From Spirochaetota bacterium (GTDB taxonomy: Bacteria > Spirochaetota > UBA4802 > UBA5550), in contig JAKLIV010000005.1 in the NCBI GenBank assembly GCA_022709405.1, positions 1-58,132 on the forward strand: a DNA stretch of 58,132 nucleotides, given 5' to 3'. The notes beneath the pieces were generated by a model that worked only from the letters and a program-made list of their open reading frames with translations, was not told the DNA's origin and made no database searches. Shown here one piece after another: positions 36,573 through 46,939 of the stretch. Each line of letters opens with the position of its first letter. The first letter of the stretch is position 1. The position numbers were made by a program, and so were the translations under genes.

Positions 36573-38741
36573 ATGTCATTCCTAGCCTTAACAGGACTGG
36601 TCAATTTTCTTACATCCTTCTTTTTCGGTTTCTTCTCATTAATCAAAAATCCCGGCGGAAAGCTGAATAAAATCTCCTTTTTCGCAAACTTCAGTATCGC
36701 CATTTACAGTTTCGGATACTTTTTCTGGCAGTTCTCAGATACCCCCGAGCAGGCCGGGCGGTGGTTCAGGGTTCTTTTTTGCGGAGTCATTCTGATTAAC
36801 GGCGCCTTTCTCCATTTCGTTTTTGTTTTTACTGAAAAAATCAAAGAAAAAAAAATGGAGATTATACTCTATCATTCTCTGAATATTTTTTTTATCGTCA
36901 TATGCCTGACCGACCAGATATATGGCGACTTGACTCCGAGATTTGACCAGGGATACTGGCCCACGCCGAAACGAGTATTTCACATATACCTCGTGTTCTG
37001 GTCGTGGCAGTTATTATACGGATTATACTATCTGCTTGTGAACCTCAAAAAAACCTCGGGCATAAAGAAAGAGCAGACAAAATACCTGACCCTCGGATCG
37101 ATCATGGGATTCATCGGAGGCGCCTCAAACTGGCCGATGTGGTATGGCGTCCCCCTGCCTCCCTACCCGAACATCCTTATATCCATCTATATCGTGATCA
37201 TTGCTTACGCAATAATCAGATACCGGTTCCTCGACATCAAGGTCATGCTGTCCAGGGCAGGTATTTTAATCCTCGTCTATTCAGTGGTGCTCGGCATTCC
37301 TTTCTGGGCCGGCTATAAAACCGATTTCGGATTGATATCTTTTCTACTGCTTTTTGCCTTATCAACCGCAGGCCCGATATTATCACGATATCTGATAAAC
37401 AAAGCGGAAAACATCCTGATGTACCGCGAAAAATATTATCAGCAGTTTCTCAGGGATTCGACACGAAACGTTCTCAGAGAAAAAAATCTGGAAAAACTCC
37501 TCGAATTCATCGTCGCGATCCTGAGGTCGTCCGTTAATATCGATTTCACCGCACTATATCTGTATGACAAGGATAAAAACAGGTATGTCCTCGCCGCCTC
37601 CGAAGGCCTTGACGCAGAGCCGGTTCAGTCTTATGACCCGCAAGAATCTTTTGTAAAACTGATGTTTGACAAAAAAGGCCCCGTGGTCATGGAAATCTTC
37701 AGCGACCTTTACATCAGCAAAAACAAAAAATCTCAGCTTTTGATACCCGCCTTTTCAGACAACACCATACTCTGCTTCATAGTGCTCGGTGAAAAAATCG
37801 ACAGGTCTTTCTATAACAACCACGACATGCAGGCCTTTGAAATATTTTCAAACCAGATATCCCTCGCCATAGACAACTGCATGTTCCTTGAAAGCAACAA
37901 GATCAACCGCGAACGCGAGTTCCAGGCCGAAAAGCTCGCATTCATAGGAGGCATGGCCGAGGGTGTGGCGCACAGGATCAAAAACAGACTGAACCATTTT
38001 TCGCTGGCCACTGCGGGAATCAAAATCGAGCTGGACAACTTCACAAAGGAAAACAGTGAAGCGGTTCAAAACAGCGAAAATCTCGCGAAAATGATCAAAG
38101 CGATACGGGAAATCGGCGACTCTTTGATCGATAATGTCATCCGGACCGATCAGGTCATTCAGGGCATCATCAATTACGCCCAGGCCGAGGAGACCGGCAA
38201 CTTCTTTTCGAAAATATTTTTCGATGAAATCGTCAAGGGTGCGAAGGATCTGGCCCGCATCAAGCACGAAATAGACAAGTTTCCGCTCGAGATAACGATT
38301 GACTCGTCTAATATAATAACCGGCATCAAACCGCAGCTTATTGAATGCCTCTACAACCTTCTCGACAACAGCCTTGATGCAATCGATGAAATGATCCGCT
38401 ACCGCCAGAAAGAAAAAATCGAAGGCGTCTTTGTCCCAAGCATTAAAATCAAACTGGCCCACACGGACACCTCCCATCTAATTGAAGTAACGGATAACGG
38501 GATCGGGATCAGGGACGAAGAAAAAAACAAGATATTCGCCCCCTATTTCACCACCAAGACATCTTTCAAGTCAAAAGCATTTTCCGGATTTGGCCTGTTC
38601 ATCGTGAAGCGGATGATAGAGGAGAACCACAAAGGCCGTCTCTGGTTCAATTCGGAACACCTCAAATTTTCTTCTTTTTTCATTGAGCTCCCCATGGATG
38701 CAGGCGATATCAAGCAACCCGCGGGAAACCCGGGCAAGTGA
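36573..38741 (+). CDS. Sensor histidine kinase: N-terminal 7TM module, GAF, HisKA, HATPase_c
   Basis: About 280 aa with seven predicted TM helices. GAF-like region (LYLYDKDKNRYVLAASEG). H-box GMAEGVAHRIKNRLN. N-box YNLLDNSLDAI. G-boxes TDNGIGI and GFGLFIVKRM. Confidence 0.88.
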   Translation: MSFLALTGLVNFLTSFFFGFFSLIKNPGGKLNKISFFANFSIAIYSFGYFFWQFSDTPEQAGRWFRVLFCGVILINGAFLHFVFVFTEKIKEKKMEIILYHSLNIFFIVICLTDQIYGDLTPRFDQGYWPTPKRVFHIYLVFWSWQLLYGLYYLLVNLKKTSGIKKEQTKYLTLGSIMGFIGGASNWPMWYGVPLPPYPNILISIYIVIIAYAIIRYRFLDIKVMLSRAGILILVYSVVLGIPFWAGYKTDFGLISFLLLFALSTAGPILSRYLINKAENILMYREKYYQQFLRDSTRNVLREKNLEKLLEFIVAILRSSVNIDFTALYLYDKDKNRYVLAASEGLDAEPVQSYDPQESFVKLMFDKKGPVVMEIFSDLYISKNKKSQLLIPAFSDNTILCFIVLGEKIDRSFYNNHDMQAFEIFSNQISLAIDNCMFLESNKINREREFQAEKLAFIGGMAEGVAHRIKNRLNHFSLATAGIKIELDNFTKENSEAVQNSENLAKMIKAIREIGDSLIDNVIRTDQVIQGIINYAQAEETGNFFSKIFFDEIVKGAKDLARIKHEIDKFPLEITIDSSNIITGIKPQLIECLYNLLDNSLDAIDEMIRYRQKEKIEGVFVPSIKIKLAHTDTSHLIEVTDNGIGIRDEEKNKIFAPYFTTKTSFKSKAFSGFGLFIVKRMIEENHKGRLWFNSEHLKFSSFFIELPMDAGDIKQPAGNPGK

Positions 38742-38762
38742 AGCCTGCGTCTCTTTTTCTTC

Positions 38763-39437
38763 ATGTTTTCTCAAACCCTGCCGAAAATAATAAGGGCGCC
38801 TGATTCGGCTGGAGACAGTCCGGAGCGGGGATATCATATTTCACGGGTTAAGTCAATCATGCAAAATATCGACTTTTATGAAGGAAACGTTTCGAGGCCT
38901 CTTTCACCGCAATTCGACCGCCAGGACATGGAATATTTTTCCCGCATGTCAAAGACCTATGTAAAGGATGAGGAGCGGATACGCAACAGGGCCAGCAGAA
39001 TGATGTTTATCATCGGGGCGCTTTGCATTATTTCGTTCACCACCGGCATGGTGGTCGGACTGAAATTCGCCGGAGGAGCGAAAAAGGAAATCGTCGATGA
39101 CAGGACATATAACGCCGTAAGGGGACTTGGAGTAAAAATGACCGACCTTCTGGGTGAGAAAAAAAGCATGGCCCCTTCCTCGGTGGCGTACCCGAAACAG
39201 GACTACCCGTATGTGATCAGGGTTCAGGAAAAAATCCCGGAAAGCCAGGCCAGAAACTCGGCCTCTTTTCTTAGCTCCGAAGGCCATACCGTGATCCTGA
39301 CCCGTAATATGGACAAAATCGATTTATACACCGGGCCATATAAAAACGTCGACGAAGCAAAAAAATCATTGAAAATAATCGAAGGATATTCAGCGTATGC
39401 AGATACTCAAAGTCTGAAAATACTTAAACGTAAGTAG
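38763..39437 (+). CDS. SPOR-domain membrane protein
   Basis: TM helix MMFIIGALCIISFTTGMVVGL. C-terminal SPOR-like region YVIRVQEKIPESQARNSASFLSSEGHTVILTR...LYTGPYKNVDEAKKSLKII. The start could instead be ATG 38859. Confidence 0.7.
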   Translation: MFSQTLPKIIRAPDSAGDSPERGYHISRVKSIMQNIDFYEGNVSRPLSPQFDRQDMEYFSRMSKTYVKDEERIRNRASRMMFIIGALCIISFTTGMVVGLKFAGGAKKEIVDDRTYNAVRGLGVKMTDLLGEKKSMAPSSVAYPKQDYPYVIRVQEKIPESQARNSASFLSSEGHTVILTRNMDKIDLYTGPYKNVDEAKKSLKIIEGYSAYADTQSLKILKRK

Positions 39438-39444
39438 TATTTGC

Positions 39445-39903
39445 ATGAAACCGGTTTTTTCAAAGGCGTCGCCTGATGATATCGAAATGATATATCAGAT
39501 GATAGAGCATTTCGCCTCGAAGGGTCTGATCCTTCGAAGAAGCAGGGAAGAAATCGCCTCCAATCTCGGCGATTTTTTTGTATGCACCCTGGGGAAAAAG
39601 ATTGCAGGTATAGTTTCTTATCACAATTACGGCCAATCCCTCAAGGAAATCCGCTCCCTTGCCGTGGCGGAGAAGCATCAAAAAAAACACATCGGGTCAT
39701 TCATCCTGAAAAATATCATAAGCCTGCTTCTGGAACAGGATTCGCCAAAAATATTCACACTCACCTATTCTCCGGACTTTTTCATTAAAAACGGGTTTTA
39801 CGAAGTTCACAAAGAAACTCTGCCTGAAAAAATCTGGAAAGACTGCTCGAAATGCGAATCCCGGGATTCTTGCGGCGAAACGGCGCTCGTGTACCGCGGA
39901 TGA
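39445..39903 (+). CDS. GNAT-family N-acetyltransferase (short ArgA-like form)
   Basis: Acetyl-CoA motif RSLAVAEKHQKKHIGSFIL. C-terminal LPEKIWKDCSKCESRDSCGETALV, typical of short N-acetylglutamate-synthase-like GNATs. Confidence 0.75.
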   Translation: MKPVFSKASPDDIEMIYQMIEHFASKGLILRRSREEIASNLGDFFVCTLGKKIAGIVSYHNYGQSLKEIRSLAVAEKHQKKHIGSFILKNIISLLLEQDSPKIFTLTYSPDFFIKNGFYEVHKETLPEKIWKDCSKCESRDSCGETALVYRG

Positions 39904-39942
39904 TCGAACAGGTATGCCGGTTGCGCTTTGATGACAGGCACT

Positions 39943-42900
39943 TTATGCGAAGGTAATTTCGATTTCTGTTCCACCCTCGCTTCTCATCACGATCTCTCCT
40001 TCAAGCTGAATGACAAGGGCATGAATGAGCTGCAGACCGAGTGATTCTGCGGTGTTGAAGTCGATCCCTGCCGGGAATCCGGCTCCATTGTCCCTGATTA
40101 CCAGCGAATATAGATTCCGCTTTTTGACGAAAACGACCTCTATCCTGCCCGTCATGTCACCCGGAAAAGCGTGCTTCAATGCATTGGATATCACTTCGTT
40201 GATTATCTGCGCGAGAGGGATTGCTTTGTCGATGCTGAAAAAAACATTTTCGACCGTGATGTCAAACCCTATTTTTTCGGGATTGATGTTGTACGAATAA
40301 AAAAGGTACGAGCAAAACTCCTTGATATATAAAGAAAAATCTATGTTCGCAAGGTCGCTCGACTGGTACAGTTTTTCATGCACAAGGGCCATGGCGCGAA
40401 CCCTGTTCTGACTGTCCCTGAAAAGATCAAGATCCCTGATGTCAGTCACGTACTTCGCCTGGAGATTCAGCATGCTCGATATTATCTGCATATTGTTCTT
40501 TACACGATGATGTATCTCTTTCAATAAAAACTCTTTTTCATCAAGGGAAGCCCTGATCTTTTCCTCTGCGTTTTTCTTGTCTGTAATATCCCTCAGATGC
40601 TGCACAACCATTGACACCACTCCCGAATCGTCCATGATCGGGAACATCCTGACGTCATATATCTTCCCTCCAAGAAAATTTACCCTCTCAAACGCCTTAT
40701 ACTTGCCGGTCCTGAAAACTTCGACCGCCTGACAATCCTCGCAGGGTTCAGCCCTGTTCATGAGGCATCGGTAGCAGAAAGAGTTATCACCCTGGCTTGT
40801 AACCCGTGAAGATAAATCGTTCCTCAAATTGCTCATGATAACCTTGAAGCTCTGATCGATGACAATCACCTGATCCTGGATTGATTTAAAAACGCTGGCA
40901 AGCAACTTCCCCGAACGCTTGAGCTGCTCATCGACTTTTTTGTGCTCGGTTATGTCCATGACGCTTATGATTGCGCCCATATATTTGCCGTCGCTGTCTT
41001 TAAGCGGTGAAAAATCCATCCTCGCATAGACGAGCGACCCGTCCTTGCGTATAAACTCGAAATCCCCCTGTTCTTTCGAGCCCATTTCCAGCCTGCGGAA
41101 ATAAATCCGGCAAATCGGAACATAGTGCTCGCTCATGAAATCATCGAGCGGCCTTCCCTGCATTTCTTCAATGGCATATCCGAGTATCCCGGACAAGCTC
41201 GGGCTCGCAAACTTGGTGAGAGAATTGTCATCAATAACGCATATACCCTCGCTGATATTCTCGACCAGGTCTTTGTATTTTTTTTCCTGCTTCTTCACTT
41301 CTTCTTCGGCGAATTTTTTCTCGGACAGGTCCTCGTTGATAAGCACGAGCTCCCCGGACGGCAGTTTGTGGATGTAACTCGAACGCCAGCAGCTGATCCT
41401 GCCGTCGCTGTAGTAATATGAGGATTTTTCCTCAGGCAACCCCGACGTGAAAACGCGCTCGAACAGGCTGCGAAGCCCGCATTCGTCCGCAGACCCGTAT
41501 ATTTCAGAAAGCTCTTTCCCGATCACCTCCTCCTTCTTTACCCTGTCCATGATTTCACCGGCCCTGTTGAAGTCTTTCAGTATGAATGACTTGCCCCAGT
41601 CATGGCTGTCATAAATGCTGACTCCGCTGCGCATGTTGTTGAAAAGGTTCCAGTATCTGTCCTCGTTTTCCTGGAGGCGCGCCTCGATTTTTTTTCTTTG
41701 GGTAATATCAAGGATGGTTCCTGCCGCGCGCCTGGGCGATCCTGTTGAATCATACTCGACGATCTTGCCCTTCATGTGAACCCACATCCACCTGCCTTCG
41801 GTGATGAACATTCTGTGCTCCGATTCGTAAAACTGATCCCGGCCGTTCACGTGCCTTTTTTGGGCCGCGAAAATTTCAGTCTTGTCGTCTGGATGTATCA
41901 GTTTTACCAGCGTCCTGACAGGGACAGACGGCAGTGAGGGATCACATCCGAAAACCCTCATCCATTTGTCGCTCAAAACCATGTTCTTGTTTAAGATATC
42001 AAAATCCCAGAATCCGAGGTCGCCGCCTTCGAGCGCGAGCTCAAGCCTCTGTCTGCTCTCTTTAAGTTCGTGTTTGAGCTTTTTATGCAGATGTATTTCG
42101 CGGTGGAGCCTTTTATTCGAATCGAGCAGCTCGTCGGTCCTTTCCCTGACGAGTTCCTCGAGATGATCCCGGTAGTCCCGCAATTCTTTTTCAGCGGTTT
42201 TTATCGAGCTGATGTCCTGTGTCGTGCCGATTATTTTTACCGGCTTTCCCGAATCGCTGCGCTCGATTATTTTCCCCGAGCTCAGCATCCACGCATGTCC
42301 GCCGTCATGGTGTATGACGCGGTGTTCTACGCTGAATTTGTCAGTCAGGCCCTTATCGTGCAGGGACAGCTCCCTGCTGAAGGTCTCAATGTCCTCGGAT
42401 GGTATAATTCCCATTACTTTATCCACATTGTTCAGATCGGTCCACACATATCCGAGAAAATTTTTCAGGGAAGGATTAATATTGAGAGCCCCGTCGGAAA
42501 GATCGCATTCCCACATGCCGATATTGACGGCCTCGAAAATATTCCTGAATGTCTCCTCCTTTTTTCTGAGCTCAAGAGCACGCTCTCTTATCGCAAGCCC
42601 GTCTGCCGCAGGCCTGTCCTTATCGCTCACCTGAATGGGAATTTCTGTCATGAGCATAACCAAATGGCCCGTTTTCCTTTTATTGTGCACTATGCTCTTG
42701 ATATTGACCCCGCAGCAGCGCTTTTCGCCGCCAGCGTCAACGATCACCAGTTCTTTAACTGCCAGATCAAGGTCCTTTCTCACCGATCTTGACAGACGAT
42801 CGAGTACCGCCGCTCTGTTGTCCGAAGCCGGAGCAAGTCGTGTGAGCCATTCTGAAAAAAATCGCGCGTTATTTTTCCTGTATCCGGTCAGCCGGTGCAG

Positions 42901-43077
42901 CAAATGGTTGTAGCTTACGATTCTACCGGAACCAGCGGCGATAAGAGCGGCTGGAACCGGGCACCCGGCAAACAGCGACCAAACTGTCTTTACAAGATTA
43001 TCAGTCTCGCTTATTGCGGGATTTCTGCTTGTCTGATAAGGAACGATGTTGTGGCCAAGTCGGTTTCGCCTGCTCAT
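39943..43077 (-). CDS. Multi-PAS sensor histidine kinase of the HisKA_2/HWE type (cytoplasmic)
   Basis: Several PAS/PAC modules separated by coiled coils. H-box [20 protein letters not shown]. HATPase_c motifs [11 protein letters not shown] and IRDNGAGFP. No TM helix seen. Confidence 0.9.
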   Translation of the reverse strand: MSRRNRLGHNIVPYQTSRNPAISETDNLVKTVWSLFAGCPVPAALIAAGSGRIVSYNHLLHRLTGYRKNNARFFSEWLTRLAPASDNRAAVLDRLSRSVRKDLDLAVKELVIVDAGGEKRCCGVNIKSIVHNKRKTGHLVMLMTEIPIQVSDKDRPAADGLAIRERALELRKKEETFRNIFEAVNIGMWECDLSDGALNINPSLKNFLGYVWTDLNNVDKVMGIIPSEDIETFSRELSLHDKGLTDKFSVEHRVIHHDGGHAWMLSSGKIIERSDSGKPVKIIGTTQDISSIKTAEKELRDYRDHLEELVRERTDELLDSNKRLHREIHLHKKLKHELKESRQRLELALEGGDLGFWDFDILNKNMVLSDKWMRVFGCDPSLPSVPVRTLVKLIHPDDKTEIFAAQKRHVNGRDQFYESEHRMFITEGRWMWVHMKGKIVEYDSTGSPRRAAGTILDITQRKKIEARLQENEDRYWNLFNNMRSGVSIYDSHDWGKSFILKDFNRAGEIMDRVKKEEVIGKELSEIYGSADECGLRSLFERVFTSGLPEEKSSYYYSDGRISCWRSSYIHKLPSGELVLINEDLSEKKFAEEEVKKQEKKYKDLVENISEGICVIDDNSLTKFASPSLSGILGYAIEEMQGRPLDDFMSEHYVPICRIYFRRLEMGSKEQGDFEFIRKDGSLVYARMDFSPLKDSDGKYMGAIISVMDITEHKKVDEQLKRSGKLLASVFKSIQDQVIVIDQSFKVIMSNLRNDLSSRVTSQGDNSFCYRCLMNRAEPCEDCQAVEVFRTGKYKAFERVNFLGGKIYDVRMFPIMDDSGVVSMVVQHLRDITDKKNAEEKIRASLDEKEFLLKEIHHRVKNNMQIISSMLNLQAKYVTDIRDLDLFRDSQNRVRAMALVHEKLYQSSDLANIDFSLYIKEFCSYLFYSYNINPEKIGFDITVENVFFSIDKAIPLAQIINEVISNALKHAFPGDMTGRIEVVFVKKRNLYSLVIRDNGAGFPAGIDFNTAESLGLQLIHALVIQLEGEIVMRSEGGTEIEITFA

Positions 43078-43295
43078 ATTTTACTCACGCTGCAACGGCT
43101 GTTGATCGGAAACAATATGAAATCCGGAACTGACTCGTGATGGCACTGGAAAAAGCGGATCTAATGAACAGAGTGATACGTCTAACATATGCATGGCGAC
43201 ATGTCAAATAAATTACGCTGGATATAACTGTTTCCGTGAATACCGATCGTCTGCGGAGGGAAATGCACCTCATCCGGTCAAACGGTTTTTCCGCC

Positions 43296-43646
43296 TCAAC
43301 CGATGACGTACAGTATTTTATCGAAATCCTCGGATTTGTCAAAAAAGTAATCAGCGCCGAGATCCATGCATTTTTTCATGTACTGCGGCTCCGGATAATT
43401 TGTCAGAACGATAACTTTGGTGTCAGGCTGTTCTTCCTTGATTTTTTGCAAAACGTCAATCCCGCTTCCCCCATACAGTTTCAGATCAAGAATAACCGAA
43501 TCGGGTTTGCTTTCCCTGATGCCGTTTATTGCTTCCTTCGGCTCACCGGCGACTCCGCATATTTCAACCCCTTTTATGGTCGAAATCATTGAAATAATCC
43601 TTCCCCGAATGATAACAGAATCCTCAACTATGAATACCTTTTCCAT
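43296..43646 (-). CDS. Single-domain response regulator (CheY-like receiver)
   Basis: MEKVFIVEDS...DSVILDLKLYGGSGIDVL...KVIVLTNY...GADYFFDK. The start is taken at ATG 43646 rather than the ORF-track 43694. Confidence 0.85.
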   Translation of the reverse strand: MEKVFIVEDSVIIRGRIISMISTIKGVEICGVAGEPKEAINGIRESKPDSVILDLKLYGGSGIDVLQKIKEEQPDTKVIVLTNYPEPQYMKKCMDLGADYFFDKSEDFDKILYVIG

Positions 43647-43776
43647 ATTTTTGTCCAGAGTGTGCATATATCTTATGTCATCGTAAAACAGCATACAATG
43701 ATATGCAATCGGACATCATGCCCTTTATGACATTCATGGATGTCTTTTTTTTAATTAAGACATGCATGCATAATGA

Positions 43777-43817
43777 TGTAGGATTTTTCGAAAATTATTG
43801 TAGGACAATTACCTACA
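43777..43817. promoter_or_regulatory. Direct and inverted TGTAGG(A) repeats: candidate response-regulator binding site
   Basis: TGTAGGA (43777-43783), then 15 nt, then TGTAGGA (43799-43805). The second copy forms the palindrome TGTAGG-acaatta-CCTACA (43799-43817). The site lies in the gap between the NarL-type RR gene and the downstream receiver gene. Confidence 0.4.
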
Positions 43818-43829
43818 AGCTGTGTCAAG

Positions 43830-44462
43830 CTATTCGATCAGGTGGTTGTTGATCACATAGTGGGTCAGCTCGGCATTATTCTTCATATTCATCTTTTCAA
43901 GAATCCTCTGCCGGTAAGTGCTTATGGTTTTCACGCTCAGAAAGAGATCCTGTGCGATTTCAGTCACCGTTTTCCCCGATGCGATCATGCAGACGACCTG
44001 ATATTCCCGGTCGGTGAGATATTCATGCAGTGGTTTCTCTCTGTCGTTTGCGATGCTGTCCGCGAGTTTTTCTGCCAGGGTCGGGCTGATGTACTTCCCC
44101 CCCCTGTATACTTTCTTGATCGCTTCGATCAGCTTTTCCCCGGCGGTTTCCTTGGTAAGATAACCCGATGCCCCGCCCTTGATGGTGCGCACAGCGTACT
44201 GGTCTTCCGGATGCATTGAAAGAACGATAACCGGAATATCCGCGTATTCCACCTTGAGCTGTTTCAGGATTTCGAGGCCGCTTCTGCCGGGCATTTTAAT
44301 ATCGAGCAGAATGACGTCGTAATCGCCCTCCCTGACTTTCTCGAGCAGCTCCTGTCCGTCCCTGGCTTCGCCTTTAACCAGCATGTCCTTGCTGTCCGAG
44401 ATTATTTGCTTCAATCCGGCTCGAACGATTTCATGATCATCAGCAATGATAATATTAATCAT
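43830..44462 (-). CDS. NarL/FixJ (LuxR-type HTH) response regulator
   Basis: Receiver IIIADDHEIVRAGL...VILLDIKMPGRSG, plus HTH LTDREYQVVCMIASGKTVTEIAQDLFLSVKTISTYRQRI. The AGGAG Shine-Dalgarno lies inside the end of the upstream kinase gene. Confidence 0.92.
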   Translation of the reverse strand: MINIIIADDHEIVRAGLKQIISDSKDMLVKGEARDGQELLEKVREGDYDVILLDIKMPGRSGLEILKQLKVEYADIPVIVLSMHPEDQYAVRTIKGGASGYLTKETAGEKLIEAIKKVYRGGKYISPTLAEKLADSIANDREKPLHEYLTDREYQVVCMIASGKTVTEIAQDLFLSVKTISTYRQRILEKMNMKNNAELTHYVINNHLIE

Positions 44463-44463
44463 T

Positions 44464-45888
44464 TTAATTCTCCTGCCTGACAGGGACTTTCACTTGCACC
44501 GTTGTGCCTGAATCCGAATTGGGGGATATGACCGCCTCCCCTCCGCATGAAAAAGCCCGCTCCCGTATCCCTATCAGCCCGAAGGACCTCGAATTTTTGA
44601 TAGCGTCTTTGTTGATTCCGATACCGTTATCTTCGACTTTAAGCTCGATCTGGCCATTTTCATATCTCACAATAATATTCACCTTTGTGGCCTGAGCATG
44701 TCTCATTATATTTGTCAGCGATTCCTGAAAAATTCTGAAAAGCGCCACGGATATTTTTTCATCCAGGTTCAAGCCGTTGACCATGCAATCGACGTCGCAC
44801 TCGATGCCGGTCCTTTTACTGAACTCCTCGGCCTGCCACTCGATCGCGGGCGACAGTCCCAGATCGTCGAGAATTCCCGGCCTTAAATCCGACGAGATCC
44901 TGCGCACAGTTTCAATGATGCTGTTGATGAGCTCCGACATCGAATTCGTTTTGTCGTGAAGCTCCTTCTGCTCCCTTCCGATGCGTTTCATCAGCCAGAA
45001 CAGATCCATCTTGAGTGCGGTGAGGGACTGGCCCAGCACATCATGTATTTCCCTGGCAATGTTCGTCCTCTCGGTCTCCCTCACCGTGACCAGATATTCG
45101 GAAAGGCTCCTGAATTCGTCCTGGGATTTGATCAACTCATTCAGGGCGTTTATCCTTTCACTATCATCCCTGATAATACCCTGAATGCCGTTTAAATTAT
45201 AATCTGAATGGATCACCGTCGAAGTTATCAATACCTGAATCTGCGTACCGTCCTCCTTTGCCAGGACAGCATTATGATCCACTACATACCCTCTTGAGAG
45301 GAGATCGGTCCAGAACCTGGACCATTCTTCAGGATTTAAGAAAAAGTCGGATATTTTTTTCTTTGCGATGACATCCTCATCGATCCCGAAAAGATTCAAA
45401 AGCGACTGGTTCACATTGGCGATGTTCCCGTCAATATCGCTCAGGAAGATCGCGTCCCTCGATTGTTCGAAAAGGGTGCGGTACTTGATTTCGCTCTCCT
45501 TCAGTTTCTTGTCGATCGTGTGCCGGTATATCGACGTTTCAATGGTCGTATAGAGCTCCCTCTCGCTGACCGGTTTGACGATATAGCCGTAGGGCTCGGT
45601 GACCTTTGCCCTCTGAAGAGAGGATTTGTCGGAATGGGCGGTAATAAATACTACCGGTATGCCGAATTCTTTGAGGACGATATTTGCGGTCTCGATCCCG
45701 TCCATCGAGCCCTTGAGCTTGATGTCCATGAGAATGAGGTCAGGCCTGTTTTTGGATATTTCCCTGAGGCATTCCTGGCCGGTTATGACAATTCCGGTGA
45801 CTGCATAACCAAGCCTTGTCAAGATGCTCTTGATATCGAGGGCGATTATCGATTCATCTTCAACTATTAGTATTTTTGTCGTATTCAT
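44464..45888 (-). CDS. Hybrid sensor kinase: N-terminal receiver, PAS, HisKA_3, HATPase_c
   Basis: Receiver KILIVEDE...LILMDIKLKG. PAS region. HisKA_3 H-box IAREIHDVLGQSLTALKM. HATPase motifs ESLTNIMRHA and EDNGIGI. The start is taken at MNTTKIL (45888). Confidence 0.88.
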   Translation of the reverse strand: MNTTKILIVEDESIIALDIKSILTRLGYAVTGIVITGQECLREISKNRPDLILMDIKLKGSMDGIETANIVLKEFGIPVVFITAHSDKSSLQRAKVTEPYGYIVKPVSERELYTTIETSIYRHTIDKKLKESEIKYRTLFEQSRDAIFLSDIDGNIANVNQSLLNLFGIDEDVIAKKKISDFFLNPEEWSRFWTDLLSRGYVVDHNAVLAKEDGTQIQVLITSTVIHSDYNLNGIQGIIRDDSERINALNELIKSQDEFRSLSEYLVTVRETERTNIAREIHDVLGQSLTALKMDLFWLMKRIGREQKELHDKTNSMSELINSIIETVRRISSDLRPGILDDLGLSPAIEWQAEEFSKRTGIECDVDCMVNGLNLDEKISVALFRIFQESLTNIMRHAQATKVNIIVRYENGQIELKVEDNGIGINKDAIKNSRSFGLIGIRERAFSCGGEAVISPNSDSGTTVQVKVPVRQEN

Positions 45889-46042
45889 TGGCCCGCTTAT
45901 GCCGGTGGATTTGCATTTCTGGTTATTGAGGAACACAATTCGACCCAGAAGCGTTGTTTAGAGTCCAGATAAAACCACAGCCATGATGATTTGTCAAGAA
46001 TTTCACGCCTCCAAACATATGAAAATAGTACAAGGCTCATTC

Positions 46043-46939
46043 TCAGCGCCTTACGGTTTTGAATGAATCCAATATTTTCTTTATATCATCTTTTTTACCC
46101 ACATAAAAATCATGCTCGCAGACAATCCTGACCATATATCCGATGCTGCCGTTAACGCAAAAGGCCTCATAGCCGGCAATTGACGGCTGCTGTTGATGGG
46201 AAATTTCATAAATTATCCGATTCTTATCCGCCGAGATCTTCCGCCTGAAAAAACTATCCGGGCCGATATTGTTCCGCCAGTTCTCCTCCAGCTGATCAAT
46301 ATCGTTCAGAGGAATCGGGAATGATTCTGCGTCGATGAAAATGAAAATATCGAACCTGCCTATCGAGCGCGGTATTTCTTTCGGCTCCTTCTCGATATCG
46401 ATCCCCACGGTCAAGCCTGAATACTTATAATGGAGATTCTGCCGTTCGCGATTCTTCAAAACCGTTACCTGGTTTGGCGCTTCTAATGAAAACCGGAGCT
46501 CGTCATCATGCAGGTGCGTCATCCCGTCAAAAACGGCCACTAAAACCGATGCTTCACTATTCCATTGTTCGAATCTGTTCCCATGCCTTTTTTTGTATTC
46601 ATTGATAAAAGATCCCGCATCCGCACGGCACTTGCGAATAATCATGTTTTTTTCAGGCAGAATCAGAATCGATTTCAGTATGCGAAGTCCTTCGACAGGA
46701 TGCAGCCTGATGATCTGTTTCCCGTGATTCAAATGGTATTCGACGCTTTCGGAAGATACGGGGGGGATTATCTCAGACGGCCGGTCAGGCGTGTAGACCT
46801 TGCCGTTTTTATCTATGAAGTATGAATTTCCGGCCCTGTCGCGAAAATACTTCCAGTCCGGCATCTGAGCATGCGGCATTTCAACTGCGGATGCAATGAC
46901 GCAGGACACAATAAAGCAGCGGATGCAGGTTTTCATCAT
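46043..46939 (-). CDS. Hypothetical exported protein (298 aa), last gene of the five-gene operon
   Basis: N-terminal hydrophobic signal MMKTCIRCFIVSCVIASAV. One cell-wall-binding-repeat-like stretch WKYFRDRAGNSYFIDKNGKVY. The start overlaps the upstream stop (TAATG). Confidence 0.65.
   Translation of the reverse strand: MMKTCIRCFIVSCVIASAVEMPHAQMPDWKYFRDRAGNSYFIDKNGKVYTPDRPSEIIPPVSSESVEYHLNHGKQIIRLHPVEGLRILKSILILPEKNMIIRKCRADAGSFINEYKKRHGNRFEQWNSEASVLVAVFDGMTHLHDDELRFSLEAPNQVTVLKNRERQNLHYKYSGLTVGIDIEKEPKEIPRSIGRFDIFIFIDAESFPIPLNDIDQLEENWRNNIGPDSFFRRKISADKNRIIYEISHQQQPSIAGYEAFCVNGSIGYMVRIVCEHDFYVGKKDDIKKILDSFKTVRR

Noticed and set aside
43085-43342. An 85-aa - strand ORF in the gap between the receiver gene and the multi-PAS kinase.
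   Set aside because: It overlaps the 3' end of the receiver gene, has no Shine-Dalgarno and gives a low-complexity translation. The 218-nt gap remains unexplained (see the two-component cluster finding).
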